Of a stretch of 64,000 bases of DNA, positions 41,648 through 50,617 are shown in pieces. The position numbers were made by a program, and so were the translations under genes. Location of the stretch: assembly GCA_044070495.1 (NCBI GenBank), contig JBIPSI010000028.1:9802-73801 (forward strand), in the 5' to 3' direction. This DNA is from Spirulina sp. (GTDB taxonomy: Bacteria > Cyanobacteriota > Cyanobacteriia > Phormidesmidales > Phormidesmidaceae). How positions within the stretch are numbered: position 1 is the first letter of the stretch; each line of letters starts with the position of its first letter. The notes beneath the pieces are model-generated. The model was not told where the DNA came from and did not search any database. It saw only the letters and a list, made by a program, of their open reading frames with translations.

Positions 41648-44206
41648 ATGGGAATGCCATCCAACCTTCCCGCGCTCCCCCCGTTCCAGCGTGATGCTAC
41701 CCAGCGTGACGCTGCCCATCCGGTGGCCGAGGCCCTGCGGGTGACGGGCACGGTGCAGGGAGTTGGCTTTCGGCCCACGGTCTATCGGCTGGCGGTGGAG
41801 TTGGGGCTGCGTGGCCATGTGCTCAACGATGGCGAGGGTGTCCTGATTCACCTAGCGGGAACCTCGGCCCAGATTAACCAGTTTGTGGCTAATTTGCTGA
41901 AGGAAAAACCTCCCCTGGCCAAAATCGCCTGCATTCAGCGGCAATCCTTACCTTTAGACGCAATTCCTGAATCAGACTTCAGCATTATTGCCAGTACCCA
42001 CACCCCCGCCCGCACCGAAATTCCCCCCGATGCCGCCACCTGCCCCCAGTGTTTGGCGGATATCCTCAACCCCCGCAGCCGCTACTTCCGCTACCCCTTC
42101 ACCAACTGTACCCACTGCGGCCCCCGCCTCAGCATCATTCGAGATCTCCCCTACGACCGCCAAAGCACCAGCATGGCCTGGTTTGAGATGTGCCCCTCCT
42201 GCCGCCAGGACTACCAAGACGTGGGCAACCGCCGCTTCCATGCCCAGCCCGTCGCCTGCCCCGTCTGTGGCCCCAAGGTGTGGCTAGAAAAGGCCGACGG
42301 CAAACCCCTAGCCACAAAATCCCTCTCCTTGGTGGATGAAGCCGAAGCCGTTGCCACCCTGATTTTGCGCGGCGAAATCGTGGCCATCAAAGGGCTGGGC
42401 GGCGTTCACCTCGCCTGCGATGCCACCAACGATGCCGCTGTCCAGAAACTCCGCCAACGCAAACACCGCTACCACAAACCCTTCGCCCTGATGGTGAAGG
42501 ATCTCGCGGCAATTACGCCCTACTGCCAAGTCGGCCCCCAGGAAGCCGAACTCCTGCAAAGCCCCACCGCCCCCATTGTTTTACTTTCCCTGATCCAAAA
42601 TTCCCCCCCCCCTTCCCCCCTTCCCCCCTCTCCCCCTTCACACCTTCACACCTTCACACATCCCCCCCTCTCCCCCGCCCTTTCTCCTGGACTAGGCACC
42701 CTCGGCGTGATGTTGCCCTACACGCCTCTGCACCACCTGATCTTGCAGCGGCTAGATCGCCCGATTGTGATGACCAGCGGCAACCGTTCCGACGAACCGC
42801 AATGCATCACCAACGAAGCGGTGCGGGAACAACTGGGCGACATTGCCCCCTACTTTTTGCTGCACAACCGCGACATTGTGAACCGGGTGGATGATTCTGT
42901 GGTGCGGGTCGTGGATGGCCAGCCCCAGATTCTCCGACGGGCGAGGGGCTATGCCCCGGCTCCGATTACCTTGCCTGCTGGGTTTGACGGTGTGCCCCCA
43001 ATCCTAGCCCTGGGTGGCGAACTCAAAAGCACCTTCTGCTTGCTGCGACCCGGACAGGCGATTCTCTCTCAGCATTTGGGCGACTTGGAAAATGCAGCGG
43101 CCCACCAGGGCTATCGGCAGGCGTTGGATCTATACCTCAACCTGTTTGAGTACGAACCCACTCACCTGGTGGTGGATGCCCACCCGGAATACCTCTCCAC
43201 CAAACTGGGGCAAGACTGGGTCGAGCGTCAGGATATTGCCCTCACCGCCGTGCAGCACCACCATGCCCACATCGCCGCCTGCATGGCCGACAACGGCTTG
43301 CCCCTGGACACCGCCCCCGTCCTTGGCATTGCGTTGGATGGCCTCGGCTATGGCGACGACGGCACCCTCTGGGGCGGGGAATTTCTGCTGGCCGACTATC
43401 GCCAATACCGCCGAGTAGCCCACCTCAAACCCGTAGCCATGCTGGGCGGCACCCAAGCCATCCGCCAACCCTGGCGCAACACCTACGCCCACCTCGTCGC
43501 CGCCTTTGGGGATTGGCAAACCGTCCAAAAAGCCTTCCCAAAACTGGCCTTGGTGCGCTTTTTCAAAAACAAACCCCTGGCCCTGCTAGATTCCATGCTG
43601 GCCCAAAACCTCAATGCGCCCCTGGCCTCCTCCGCCGGACGCTTGTTTGATGCCGTCGCCGCCGCCGTGGGCCTCTGCCGCGAAACCGCCACCTACGAAG
43701 GCCAAGGAGCCATCGAACTCGAAGCCCTGATCCAACCCCACCACCTCGAAGAATCCCAGAATTCCGCCTATTCCTTCGCCCTTCATGGGGCATCCGATAA
43801 CGTAGGGGCGCGGTTTCCTCGCCCGCTGATCCTGGAGGCCAACCAGCCAGATTCCGCCTTCAACTCTCAACCCCTAGTGCTCGACCCCACCCCCCTCTGG
43901 CCCAACCTGCTCACGGATTTACAGCAAAGTACGGATCCTTCCCTGATTTCTGCCCGTTTCCATCTGGGATTCGCCAACGCCCTAGCTACCCTCACCCACC
44001 ACCTAGCCCAACGCCATCAAGCGACGACCGTTGCCCTCTCCGGCGGCGTGTTTCAAAATCAAATCCTGACGAGTCACGTTAAACAAAACCTGCAAACCCT
44101 CGGCCTCACGGTGCTCACCCACCACCAAGTACCCCCCAACGATGGCGGCCTTTCCCTTGGCCAAGCGGTGATCGCCGCCGCCCAATCGTCCCAACCACCG
44201 CCCTAA
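41648..44206 (+). CDS. hypF: Carbamoyltransferase HypF
   Basis: GTVQGVGFRP, CxxC zinc fingers, FHAQP, QHHHAH, LSGGVFQN, PPNDGGLSLGQ; start uncertain (41555-41654). Confidence 0.95.
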   Translation: MGMPSNLPALPPFQRDATQRDAAHPVAEALRVTGTVQGVGFRPTVYRLAVELGLRGHVLNDGEGVLIHLAGTSAQINQFVANLLKEKPPLAKIACIQRQSLPLDAIPESDFSIIASTHTPARTEIPPDAATCPQCLADILNPRSRYFRYPFTNCTHCGPRLSIIRDLPYDRQSTSMAWFEMCPSCRQDYQDVGNRRFHAQPVACPVCGPKVWLEKADGKPLATKSLSLVDEAEAVATLILRGEIVAIKGLGGVHLACDATNDAAVQKLRQRKHRYHKPFALMVKDLAAITPYCQVGPQEAELLQSPTAPIVLLSLIQNSPPPSPLPPSPPSHLHTFTHPPLSPALSPGLGTLGVMLPYTPLHHLILQRLDRPIVMTSGNRSDEPQCITNEAVREQLGDIAPYFLLHNRDIVNRVDDSVVRVVDGQPQILRRARGYAPAPITLPAGFDGVPPILALGGELKSTFCLLRPGQAILSQHLGDLENAAAHQGYRQALDLYLNLFEYEPTHLVVDAHPEYLSTKLGQDWVERQDIALTAVQHHHAHIAACMADNGLPLDTAPVLGIALDGLGYGDDGTLWGGEFLLADYRQYRRVAHLKPVAMLGGTQAIRQPWRNTYAHLVAAFGDWQTVQKAFPKLALVRFFKNKPLALLDSMLAQNLNAPLASSAGRLFDAVAAAVGLCRETATYEGQGAIELEALIQPHHLEESQNSAYSFALHGASDNVGARFPRPLILEANQPDSAFNSQPLVLDPTPLWPNLLTDLQQSTDPSLISARFHLGFANALATLTHHLAQRHQATTVALSGGVFQNQILTSHVKQNLQTLGLTVLTHHQVPPNDGGLSLGQAVIAAAQSSQPPP

Positions 44207-44218
44207 TCCCCAATTCCC

Positions 44219-44247
44219 TGTAGGGGCGCACTGCTGTGCGCCCCTAC
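44219..44247. repeat. GTAGGGGCG...CGCCCCTAC REP-like palindrome
   Basis: GTAGGGGCGCA-CTGCTG-TGCGCCCCTAC; relatives at ~12970, 14749, 18973, 23449, 43801 and 46547. Confidence 0.75.
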
Positions 44248-44282
44248 CCACCATCCCACCATCCCACTACCCCACCACCCCT

Positions 44283-44558
44283 ATGTGCCTCGGAATTCCT
44301 GGACAAATTCAATCCATCAGCGACCCCGTTAATCAACTCGCCATTGTCGATATCAGCGGTGTGCGGCGTCCTGTCAACATTGCCTGCATTGTGGACGAAG
44401 ACCATCCCCTGGAAAGCTGTGTGGGGGAATGGGTTTTGGTTCATGTTGGTTTTGCCCTCAATCGAATTGATCCTGACGAAGCGGCTGCTACCCTTGATTT
44501 GCTGGATCAACTCGCAGAATTTGATGCCAAGGAGTTAGAAATGGCGAACTATCGATGA
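44283..44558 (+). CDS. hypC: Hydrogenase maturation chaperone HypC
   Basis: MCLGIPGQI, VLVHVGFAL. Confidence 0.95.
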   Translation: MCLGIPGQIQSISDPVNQLAIVDISGVRRPVNIACIVDEDHPLESCVGEWVLVHVGFALNRIDPDEAAATLDLLDQLAEFDAKELEMANYR

Positions 44559-45028
44559 GTGAAACTGTTTATATTGAAACCAGCATTTTAGGCTATCTCA
44601 CGGCTCGTCCAAGCCGAGATTTAGTTGTGGCTGCCAATATTGAGATAACAAAAGAGTGGTGGGAAACTCGTCGTAGCAAGTTTCAGCTATATGCATCACA
44701 AGCTGTTGTCAAGGAAACTTCACAGGGGGATTCTAAAATCGCAGCACAACGCCTCGAAATCATAAGTCAAATTAAAATGCTTGAGCTAGATTCATCTGTG
44801 CTTAGTCTGGCAGAAAATTTTCTGGCACGTAGTAATCTTCCTGCAAAAGCTGATATTGATGCTGTCCATATCGCTGCTTCGACAATTCATGGAATAGACT
44901 ATCTACTCACGTGGAATTGCAAACATATAGCGAATGCTCAAATCCAGAGGAGGTTAGCACAAATAAGTGCTGATTTCGGATATGAACTGCCAATTCTTTG
45001 CACACCCTATGAATTGCTTGGAGGCTAA
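44555..45028 (+). CDS. PIN-domain (VapC-like) toxin
   Basis: VYIETSI, DAVHIA, LLTWNCKHIANA, ICTP-like end; AT-rich. Confidence 0.88.
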   Translation: MSETVYIETSILGYLTARPSRDLVVAANIEITKEWWETRRSKFQLYASQAVVKETSQGDSKIAAQRLEIISQIKMLELDSSVLSLAENFLARSNLPAKADIDAVHIAASTIHGIDYLLTWNCKHIANAQIQRRLAQISADFGYELPILCTPYELLGG

Positions 45029-45030
45029 TT

Positions 45031-45237
45031 ATGTATCAAGATGAGATTGTGGAAGAGATTCATCGAATTCGAGAAGAATACCTGCGATCATTTAACTATG
45101 ACTTGAAAGCCCTATTTGCTGATTTACAAAAGCAGCAAGCTGAAAGCGGAAGAGAAATGGTCAACTTGTCATCAAAGCGCAGTCAATCAACTCGCTGGAT
45201 CAATCGCGAGAAAGACTCTAAACAAGATGAAAAGTAG
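45031..45237 (+). CDS. Small putative antitoxin
   Basis: DEIVEEIHRIREE...FNYDL; 2 bp after the PIN stop. Confidence 0.7.
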   Translation: MYQDEIVEEIHRIREEYLRSFNYDLKALFADLQKQQAESGREMVNLSSKRSQSTRWINREKDSKQDEK

Positions 45238-45246
45238 GTTTAGGTT

Positions 45247-45323
45247 TAGGTTGGGTGGAACGAAGTGGAACCCAGAGCTAGAGCCAGCTTTGTTGGGTTC
45301 TGCTGTCGCGCCACCCAACCTAC
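45247..45323. repeat. Inverted REP-like doublet TAGGTTGGGTGG...CCACCCAACCTAC
   Basis: Right arm is nearly the exact reverse complement of 56789-56823. Confidence 0.8.
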
Positions 45324-45360
45324 GTTTTTTCAAATATAACTCTTTCCTTAGATTCTACCT

Positions 45361-46500
45361 ATGAAATACGTTGATGAATTTCGCGATCCAGCTAAGGCCC
45401 AGGGTGTTTTGGCGGATATTAGCCAACTGGCAGAAACGTTGACCCAAAATCGACCTGGGCCAATCAAAATTATGGAAGTTTGTGGGGGCCATACCCACGC
45501 CATTTTTAAGTTTGGGTTAGAGCATTTGTTGCCGCCCACCATTGAATTGGTGCATGGGCCAGGGTGTCCAGTTTGCATTATGCCCAAGGGACGTTTGGAC
45601 GATGCCATGGCCATTGCCCAGCAGCCCAACGTGATTTTTACCACCTTTGGCGATGCCATGCGGGTGCCCGGTGCCAAGCTGAATTTGCTGCAAACCAAGG
45701 CGGAGGGGGCGGATATTCGCATGGTCTATTCGCCGCTGGATGCCTTGGCCATGGCCAAGGCGAATCCTGATAAGGAAGTCGTCTTCTTTGCCATTGGGTT
45801 TGAAACGACGGCCCCCAGTACGGCCCTCACGGTGCTGCAAGCACGGGATCAGGGAGTGACGAACTTTAGTTTGTTTAGCAACCACGTCCTAGTAGTTCCG
45901 GCTCTGGAGGCGCTGCTGGATAACCCCGATTTGCAACTGGATGGCTTTGTGGGGCCGGGGCACGTCAGCGCCGTGATTGGCACCGATCCCTACCGGGTGG
46001 TTCCCGATCACTATGGCAAACCCGTGGTGGTGTCGGGGTTTGAGCCGCTGGATATTCTGCAAGCGGTGTGGATGGTGCTGCGGCAGTTGGCGGAGGGCCG
46101 CTGTGAGGTGGAAAACCAGTACACCCGCCTGGTGAACGACCATGGCAATGCCGTGGCCATGGCGGCGATGGCTGAGGTGTTTGAGGTGCGTCCCACCTTT
46201 GAATGGCGCGGGTTGGGGGATATCCCCGCCTCTGGGTTGCGGATGCGCTCGGCTCTGGCGGCGTGGGATGCGGAGGCCAAGTTCACCCTTCCCGGTCGGC
46301 AGGTGGCGGATCATCGGGCCTGTGCCTGTGGCGACATCCTCAAGGGGGTGAAAAAGCCCTGGGATTGCAAGGTGTTTGGCACGGCCTGTACGCCGGAAAG
46401 CCCGCTGGGGGCCTGCATGGTGTCCTCGGAAGGGGCCTGCGCCGCCTATTACAAATATGGGCGACTGGCGACGGAACGGCGACAGGTGAGTCGGGTTTAG
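45361..46500 (+). CDS. hypD: Hydrogenase maturation protein HypD
   Basis: MEVCGGHTH, GPGCPVC, GFETTAP, GPGHVS, CMVSSEGACAAYY. Confidence 0.97.
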   Translation: MKYVDEFRDPAKAQGVLADISQLAETLTQNRPGPIKIMEVCGGHTHAIFKFGLEHLLPPTIELVHGPGCPVCIMPKGRLDDAMAIAQQPNVIFTTFGDAMRVPGAKLNLLQTKAEGADIRMVYSPLDALAMAKANPDKEVVFFAIGFETTAPSTALTVLQARDQGVTNFSLFSNHVLVVPALEALLDNPDLQLDGFVGPGHVSAVIGTDPYRVVPDHYGKPVVVSGFEPLDILQAVWMVLRQLAEGRCEVENQYTRLVNDHGNAVAMAAMAEVFEVRPTFEWRGLGDIPASGLRMRSALAAWDAEAKFTLPGRQVADHRACACGDILKGVKKPWDCKVFGTACTPESPLGACMVSSEGACAAYYKYGRLATERRQVSRV

Positions 46501-46756
46501 GGCGAAGGAATTAGGTCAGAGAACCCCGATTCCCAACCTGACAATCCGTAGGGGAGAGGTCTCCTCGCCCGCTGATACCGGGGGTAGGCAAACCGGGGGT
46601 CAGCCCTTAGAGAACCGTTATAGAGTAGTGGTTCATACACCCTGGCGTACTGGTGATCTAGGGGAAGGTGCTAGACTTTTGGCAATGGTTTTTGCCGTCC
46701 GTCGCTGCTTCCCTGCGGACACAGGTTGGACGGCACCCTTGGAGTAGGACATCCCG

Positions 46757-48445
46757 ATGGCACCCAAACCCAAACCCCCAGAGCTTCCGGTGATTGGCAC
46801 GGTGAAAGGGCCGGGGGACACGGGCAACCAATACCTGTTCATCACCGCCGACCATCGCCAGGTAAAGATTGGCGAGTTTGTCTACTACCGGGTGGATGTG
46901 GTGGACTTACCCCAGGCGGAGATTTTAGGCAAAATTTCGGCGCTGACGTTGATTGACCACCTGCCCGACCGTCTGTTTGCCGACCCGGACATTAACCCGG
47001 AGGCCATCGCCGCCCTGGTGGGGTTTGCCCATCCCAACCCGGAAGTGTACGAGGTGACGGTGGACGTGGTGGGTTATTTCCATCCGGCCCTGGGCTTCAT
47101 TAACCCCCGCATGGCCCCCGATCCGGGCGCGAAGGTCTACTTGGCGGACGATGCCAGTTTGCAGCACATCATCAACAAAAAGCAGCCCCAGGCGGCGGGT
47201 TCGGCCCACATTGGTTCGCTGCTGCTGCGGCCCGGTGGACGGGTGCCCGTGGCGTTGGATGTGAAGGAATTGGTAAGCACCCACATGGCCATATTGGCGG
47301 GGACGGGTTCCGGCAAATCCTACACGGCGGGGGTGTTGATTGAGGAACTGATGAGTCCCTACAACCGGGCAGCGGTGCTCATTTTTGACCCCCACGGCGA
47401 GTACGGCACCCTGACGGATATGCGCGGCCACCCGGCCTTTGCGGCGGACGATGGCTATAGCCCAGCGGTGAAAATCCTCACCCCCGACGACATCCGCATT
47501 CGCATGTCCTCCCTGGATTACTACGATATTCTCACCCTGCTGCCCGACATGAGCGACCGCCAGCAGGCCATCCTCAACAAAGCCTTTAGCCTGCTGGGCA
47601 AACACAAACTAGGCGACCACCGCTGGGACGTGCAGGATTTAATCGCCGCCTGCTACGAATCTGACCGCAGCACTGACGACGAAGGCAACGAAAAAACGGG
47701 TTCCTCTGCCCCCGCTCTGGAATGGAAATTGGGCAAGCTGGAACGGTCGGATTATTTTCATCGAATGCAGCACCTTGCGCCGAAGGATTTGTTTGCCCCC
47801 GGCCAAGTAACGGTGCTGCAAATGAACGAAATTAGTCAGGAAGAACAGCAGGTGATCTGTGCCGCAGTGCTGCGCCAAAGCTACCAGGCCCGCATGAACA
47901 CCGCTAAGGAAAAAATCAACCCCGACGACGAAAACTATCTACCCTATCCCGTCTTTATTTTGATTGAAGAAGCCCACCGTTTTGCCCCTGGTCACGAACC
48001 CTCCCGCTGCAAGCAAATTCTGCGGACGATCCTCAGCGAAGGGCGCAAATTTGGCATGGGTGTGGGCCTAATTACCCAGCGTCCCGGCAAGCTCGATTCT
48101 GACGTGCTCTCCCAGTGTATGAGCCAGTTTCTGATGCGGATTGTCAACCCCGTAGACCAGGAAAGCCTGAAGTATGGCGTGGAAGCGGCGGGGCGTGACC
48201 TGCTGCAAGAACTTCCCGCCCTCACCAAGGGTCAGGTGATTGTCTCCGGCGCGTGCGTCAACACCCCCGTCCTTTGCCAAGTGCGCCAGCGCAAAACCAA
48301 ACACGGCGGCGAAACCATGGATGCCCCCGCCGCCTGGTTGGGCTATTTTCAATCTCACCGAAAACAGGCCCGCCAGATGGAAAAAGCTCCCCTCGCCCAA
48401 CCGGGCAAAGCGGCGGAAACCTTTGGCGGCGTGAGTATTGAATAG
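46757..48445 (+). CDS. HerA-like (DUF87) ATPase
   Basis: N-terminal barrel, HMAILAGTGSGKS, IFDPHGEY, ILIEEAHRF, SEGRKFG, ITQRPGKLD. Confidence 0.9.
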   Translation: MAPKPKPPELPVIGTVKGPGDTGNQYLFITADHRQVKIGEFVYYRVDVVDLPQAEILGKISALTLIDHLPDRLFADPDINPEAIAALVGFAHPNPEVYEVTVDVVGYFHPALGFINPRMAPDPGAKVYLADDASLQHIINKKQPQAAGSAHIGSLLLRPGGRVPVALDVKELVSTHMAILAGTGSGKSYTAGVLIEELMSPYNRAAVLIFDPHGEYGTLTDMRGHPAFAADDGYSPAVKILTPDDIRIRMSSLDYYDILTLLPDMSDRQQAILNKAFSLLGKHKLGDHRWDVQDLIAACYESDRSTDDEGNEKTGSSAPALEWKLGKLERSDYFHRMQHLAPKDLFAPGQVTVLQMNEISQEEQQVICAAVLRQSYQARMNTAKEKINPDDENYLPYPVFILIEEAHRFAPGHEPSRCKQILRTILSEGRKFGMGVGLITQRPGKLDSDVLSQCMSQFLMRIVNPVDQESLKYGVEAAGRDLLQELPALTKGQVIVSGACVNTPVLCQVRQRKTKHGGETMDAPAAWLGYFQSHRKQARQMEKAPLAQPGKAAETFGGVSIE

Positions 48446-48507
48446 GCCATCAATTTAGGCTGATTTTTGATGTTTTAGGGCCGTCATTTTTCCGTATTCC
48501 ATCGCCC

Positions 48508-49467
48508 CTAGGGATTGGCCGTGGCGCTGTTAATGGCCTGCTGTCCCTGGGGAGAGAGGGCAAAGCCTAAAAAGGCTTGTACCGCTGGGTTATTGCTGTC
48601 TTTGTAGACGTAGTACAGCGAGCGCTGGAAGGGGTAATTGGCGGCTTCCGGGGTTAGGCCCTCAATGGGTACCACCCGCACCGTTTGCTGGTCGGCCACT
48701 TGGCTGTAGGTGGCATAGCCGATGCCATCGGTGCCCAGTTGTTGCAGCATGGGCGTGGTGGCGTCCCGCGTCATGGTGGTGATGTTGGGGGTGGTGCCAA
48801 AGTCGCCGCCACCGAGGACGATCTCTCGAAAGGCCACATGGGTGCCGCTAACGGCGGGGCGGTTAATCACCCGAATGGGGGTATCGGGGCCGCCGAGGGT
48901 GGCCCAGTTATTCAGGCTACCCTGGAAAATCTGCACCGTTTGCGTGGAGGAAAGCCCCCGCTGGAAAGGATTATCGCGGCCCACCACTAGGGCAATGCGG
49001 TCGGTGGCCACGGGCACGGCGGTTAGCCCCTGGGCTTGCTCTTGGGGGGTGAGGGCACGGGAGGAGGCCGCGATGTCAATGCTGCCCCCTAGCACCGCCT
49101 GAATACCGTTGTCTGACCCCACCGCCGCCGTGTTGACGGTGGTGCCGGGGTATTGCTGTGTAAACCCCGCCTTCAGCGCTTCGTTAATCAGCACCATGCT
49201 AGTGGAGCCATCAATATTCACGGTGGTGCCCGCTGCCACGCTGGGCAGCAAGGTGAAGTTCGCCGTTCCTGCCGGGGGTGTTTGGGGGGCCTGGGGCGGT
49301 GGGGCGCTACCAGACTGGGGGGCTTCTACCCCTGGCGGCGTTGCGACGGGGGCGGCTTTGGGGCGCAGGAAGAAAAACCAGTAGGCTCCGCCCAACAGGC
49401 CCAACAGCATCAGAATAAACACAATGGGAGGGGGGCCACTGCGTTTCGGGGTATTACCGTTACTCAT
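48508..49467 (-). CDS. Membrane-anchored PstS-like phosphate-binding protein
   Basis: N-terminal TM + Pro-rich linker; IDGSTSM, GSDNG, AASSR, INRPAVSGTH. Confidence 0.8.
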   Translation of the reverse strand: MSNGNTPKRSGPPPIVFILMLLGLLGGAYWFFFLRPKAAPVATPPGVEAPQSGSAPPPQAPQTPPAGTANFTLLPSVAAGTTVNIDGSTSMVLINEALKAGFTQQYPGTTVNTAAVGSDNGIQAVLGGSIDIAASSRALTPQEQAQGLTAVPVATDRIALVVGRDNPFQRGLSSTQTVQIFQGSLNNWATLGGPDTPIRVINRPAVSGTHVAFREIVLGGGDFGTTPNITTMTRDATTPMLQQLGTDGIGYATYSQVADQQTVRVVPIEGLTPEAANYPFQRSLYYVYKDSNNPAVQAFLGFALSPQGQQAINSATANP

Positions 49468-49476
49468 GGGGTGGGG

Positions 49477-50190
49477 TTACTCCGTGGGGGCTTGGGACGA
49501 GGCACCATCGAGCAGTTGTAGGCGACGGGAAACCTCATCGTCGATGGTGAGTTGATCGAGGTCGGCGGCCAGCTTTTCGTTGGGGTTTTCCGACAGTTCC
49601 GCTAGGGCATTGCTACGCAGGTGGCGACCTTCCACCGCACTCTTGGCCGATTCAAAGGACGACCGGGCCGAGCCAATGTCAAACTCGTTGTTCACCTTGG
49701 CAATGGATTCTAGGGCGCTGTTGATCTCGGCCAAGTCCTTCATGTTGTCCATGTCGGTCTTGTACTGCTCTAGCTTCAGCCGCTCGCGGTTGAGCTTGTC
49801 CTTGGAGGCGGCGACAAACTTTTCGGCCTGCTGTACCTGGGTTTCGAGCTGGGGCAAAAGCTGCTCAATTTGGATGGCCTTCATCATCGCTAGGCGGGCC
49901 GCATCGGCGTTGCCCGATTGTTGCGCCAGGGCAGCCTGTTGCTCGAATTTCCGCAGTTCTCTGGCCTTTTCCTCGTACTTTTTCTTCGCCCGTTCGTAGG
50001 CTCCCACCTGCATGGCCACGGCTTCAGCCAGCTTTTGCACCGAGGTTTGCATCTCTTGCAGCGACTCTTCGGCCACCGCCACCGCCACCTTGCCCCCCGA
50101 CTCTACGGGGATGCCCCAAAGCCAGTTCCAGGTGCCAACAATCGTGCGTCCTGCCTTTTCGCCCATCAACCAATAAATGGCATCTTTCAT
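49477..50190 (-). CDS. PspA/IM30 (bacterial ESCRT-III) family protein
   Basis: All-helical coiled coil, A...GNADAARLA hairpin turn, SA..SFE, DDEVSRRL tail; Trp-rich N-terminus. Confidence 0.75.
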   Translation of the reverse strand: MKDAIYWLMGEKAGRTIVGTWNWLWGIPVESGGKVAVAVAEESLQEMQTSVQKLAEAVAMQVGAYERAKKKYEEKARELRKFEQQAALAQQSGNADAARLAMMKAIQIEQLLPQLETQVQQAEKFVAASKDKLNRERLKLEQYKTDMDNMKDLAEINSALESIAKVNNEFDIGSARSSFESAKSAVEGRHLRSNALAELSENPNEKLAADLDQLTIDDEVSRRLQLLDGASSQAPTE

Positions 50191-50378
50191 AGCAATTCGT
50201 CCCACCCAATTAAGAGGCCGTATCCTAGCTGCAATTACAGACCCAATCCCAACGATTCCGGATTTTCCCCATGCCGTCAGTGATGATTCAGTAACCTAAG
50301 TTGCCACCCAAAACAGTGCTACCCCCATGGTGCCCGCCCAAGATTAACATCTGGTCAACCCCTTAACCGACCGTTACA

Positions 50379-50426
50379 CAACCGGCCAAAGCCGCCGAAA
50401 CCTTTGGCGGAATCAGCATTGAATGG
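50379..50426 (+). repeat. Diverged duplicate of the herA 3' end
   Basis: 40/48 nt identical to 48398-48445; QPAKAAETFGGISIEW vs QPGKAAETFGGVSIE*. Confidence 0.9.
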
Positions 50427-50617
50427 TGTTTGTGTTCGCAGGGTAGGCTGTATGACGGCTCAGGGCTTTTGCGCTGGCTCAGGGGCCGATGGGAAGTAAG
50501 CCATTGACGACAAGGCTGGCGCGCTTTATCCCAAATCGCCTTGGCGTCGGCGATAAAGCTGCACAGGGTCGCACTATCCCCTGATAATGGGCCTGTTCGT
50601 GTCCCTCCGATCATCCA

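Noticed and set aside
50363..50614. 83-aa minus-strand ORF as a real gene
   Set aside because: No recognisable family, weak start and it overlaps the herA scar; at most a remnant.
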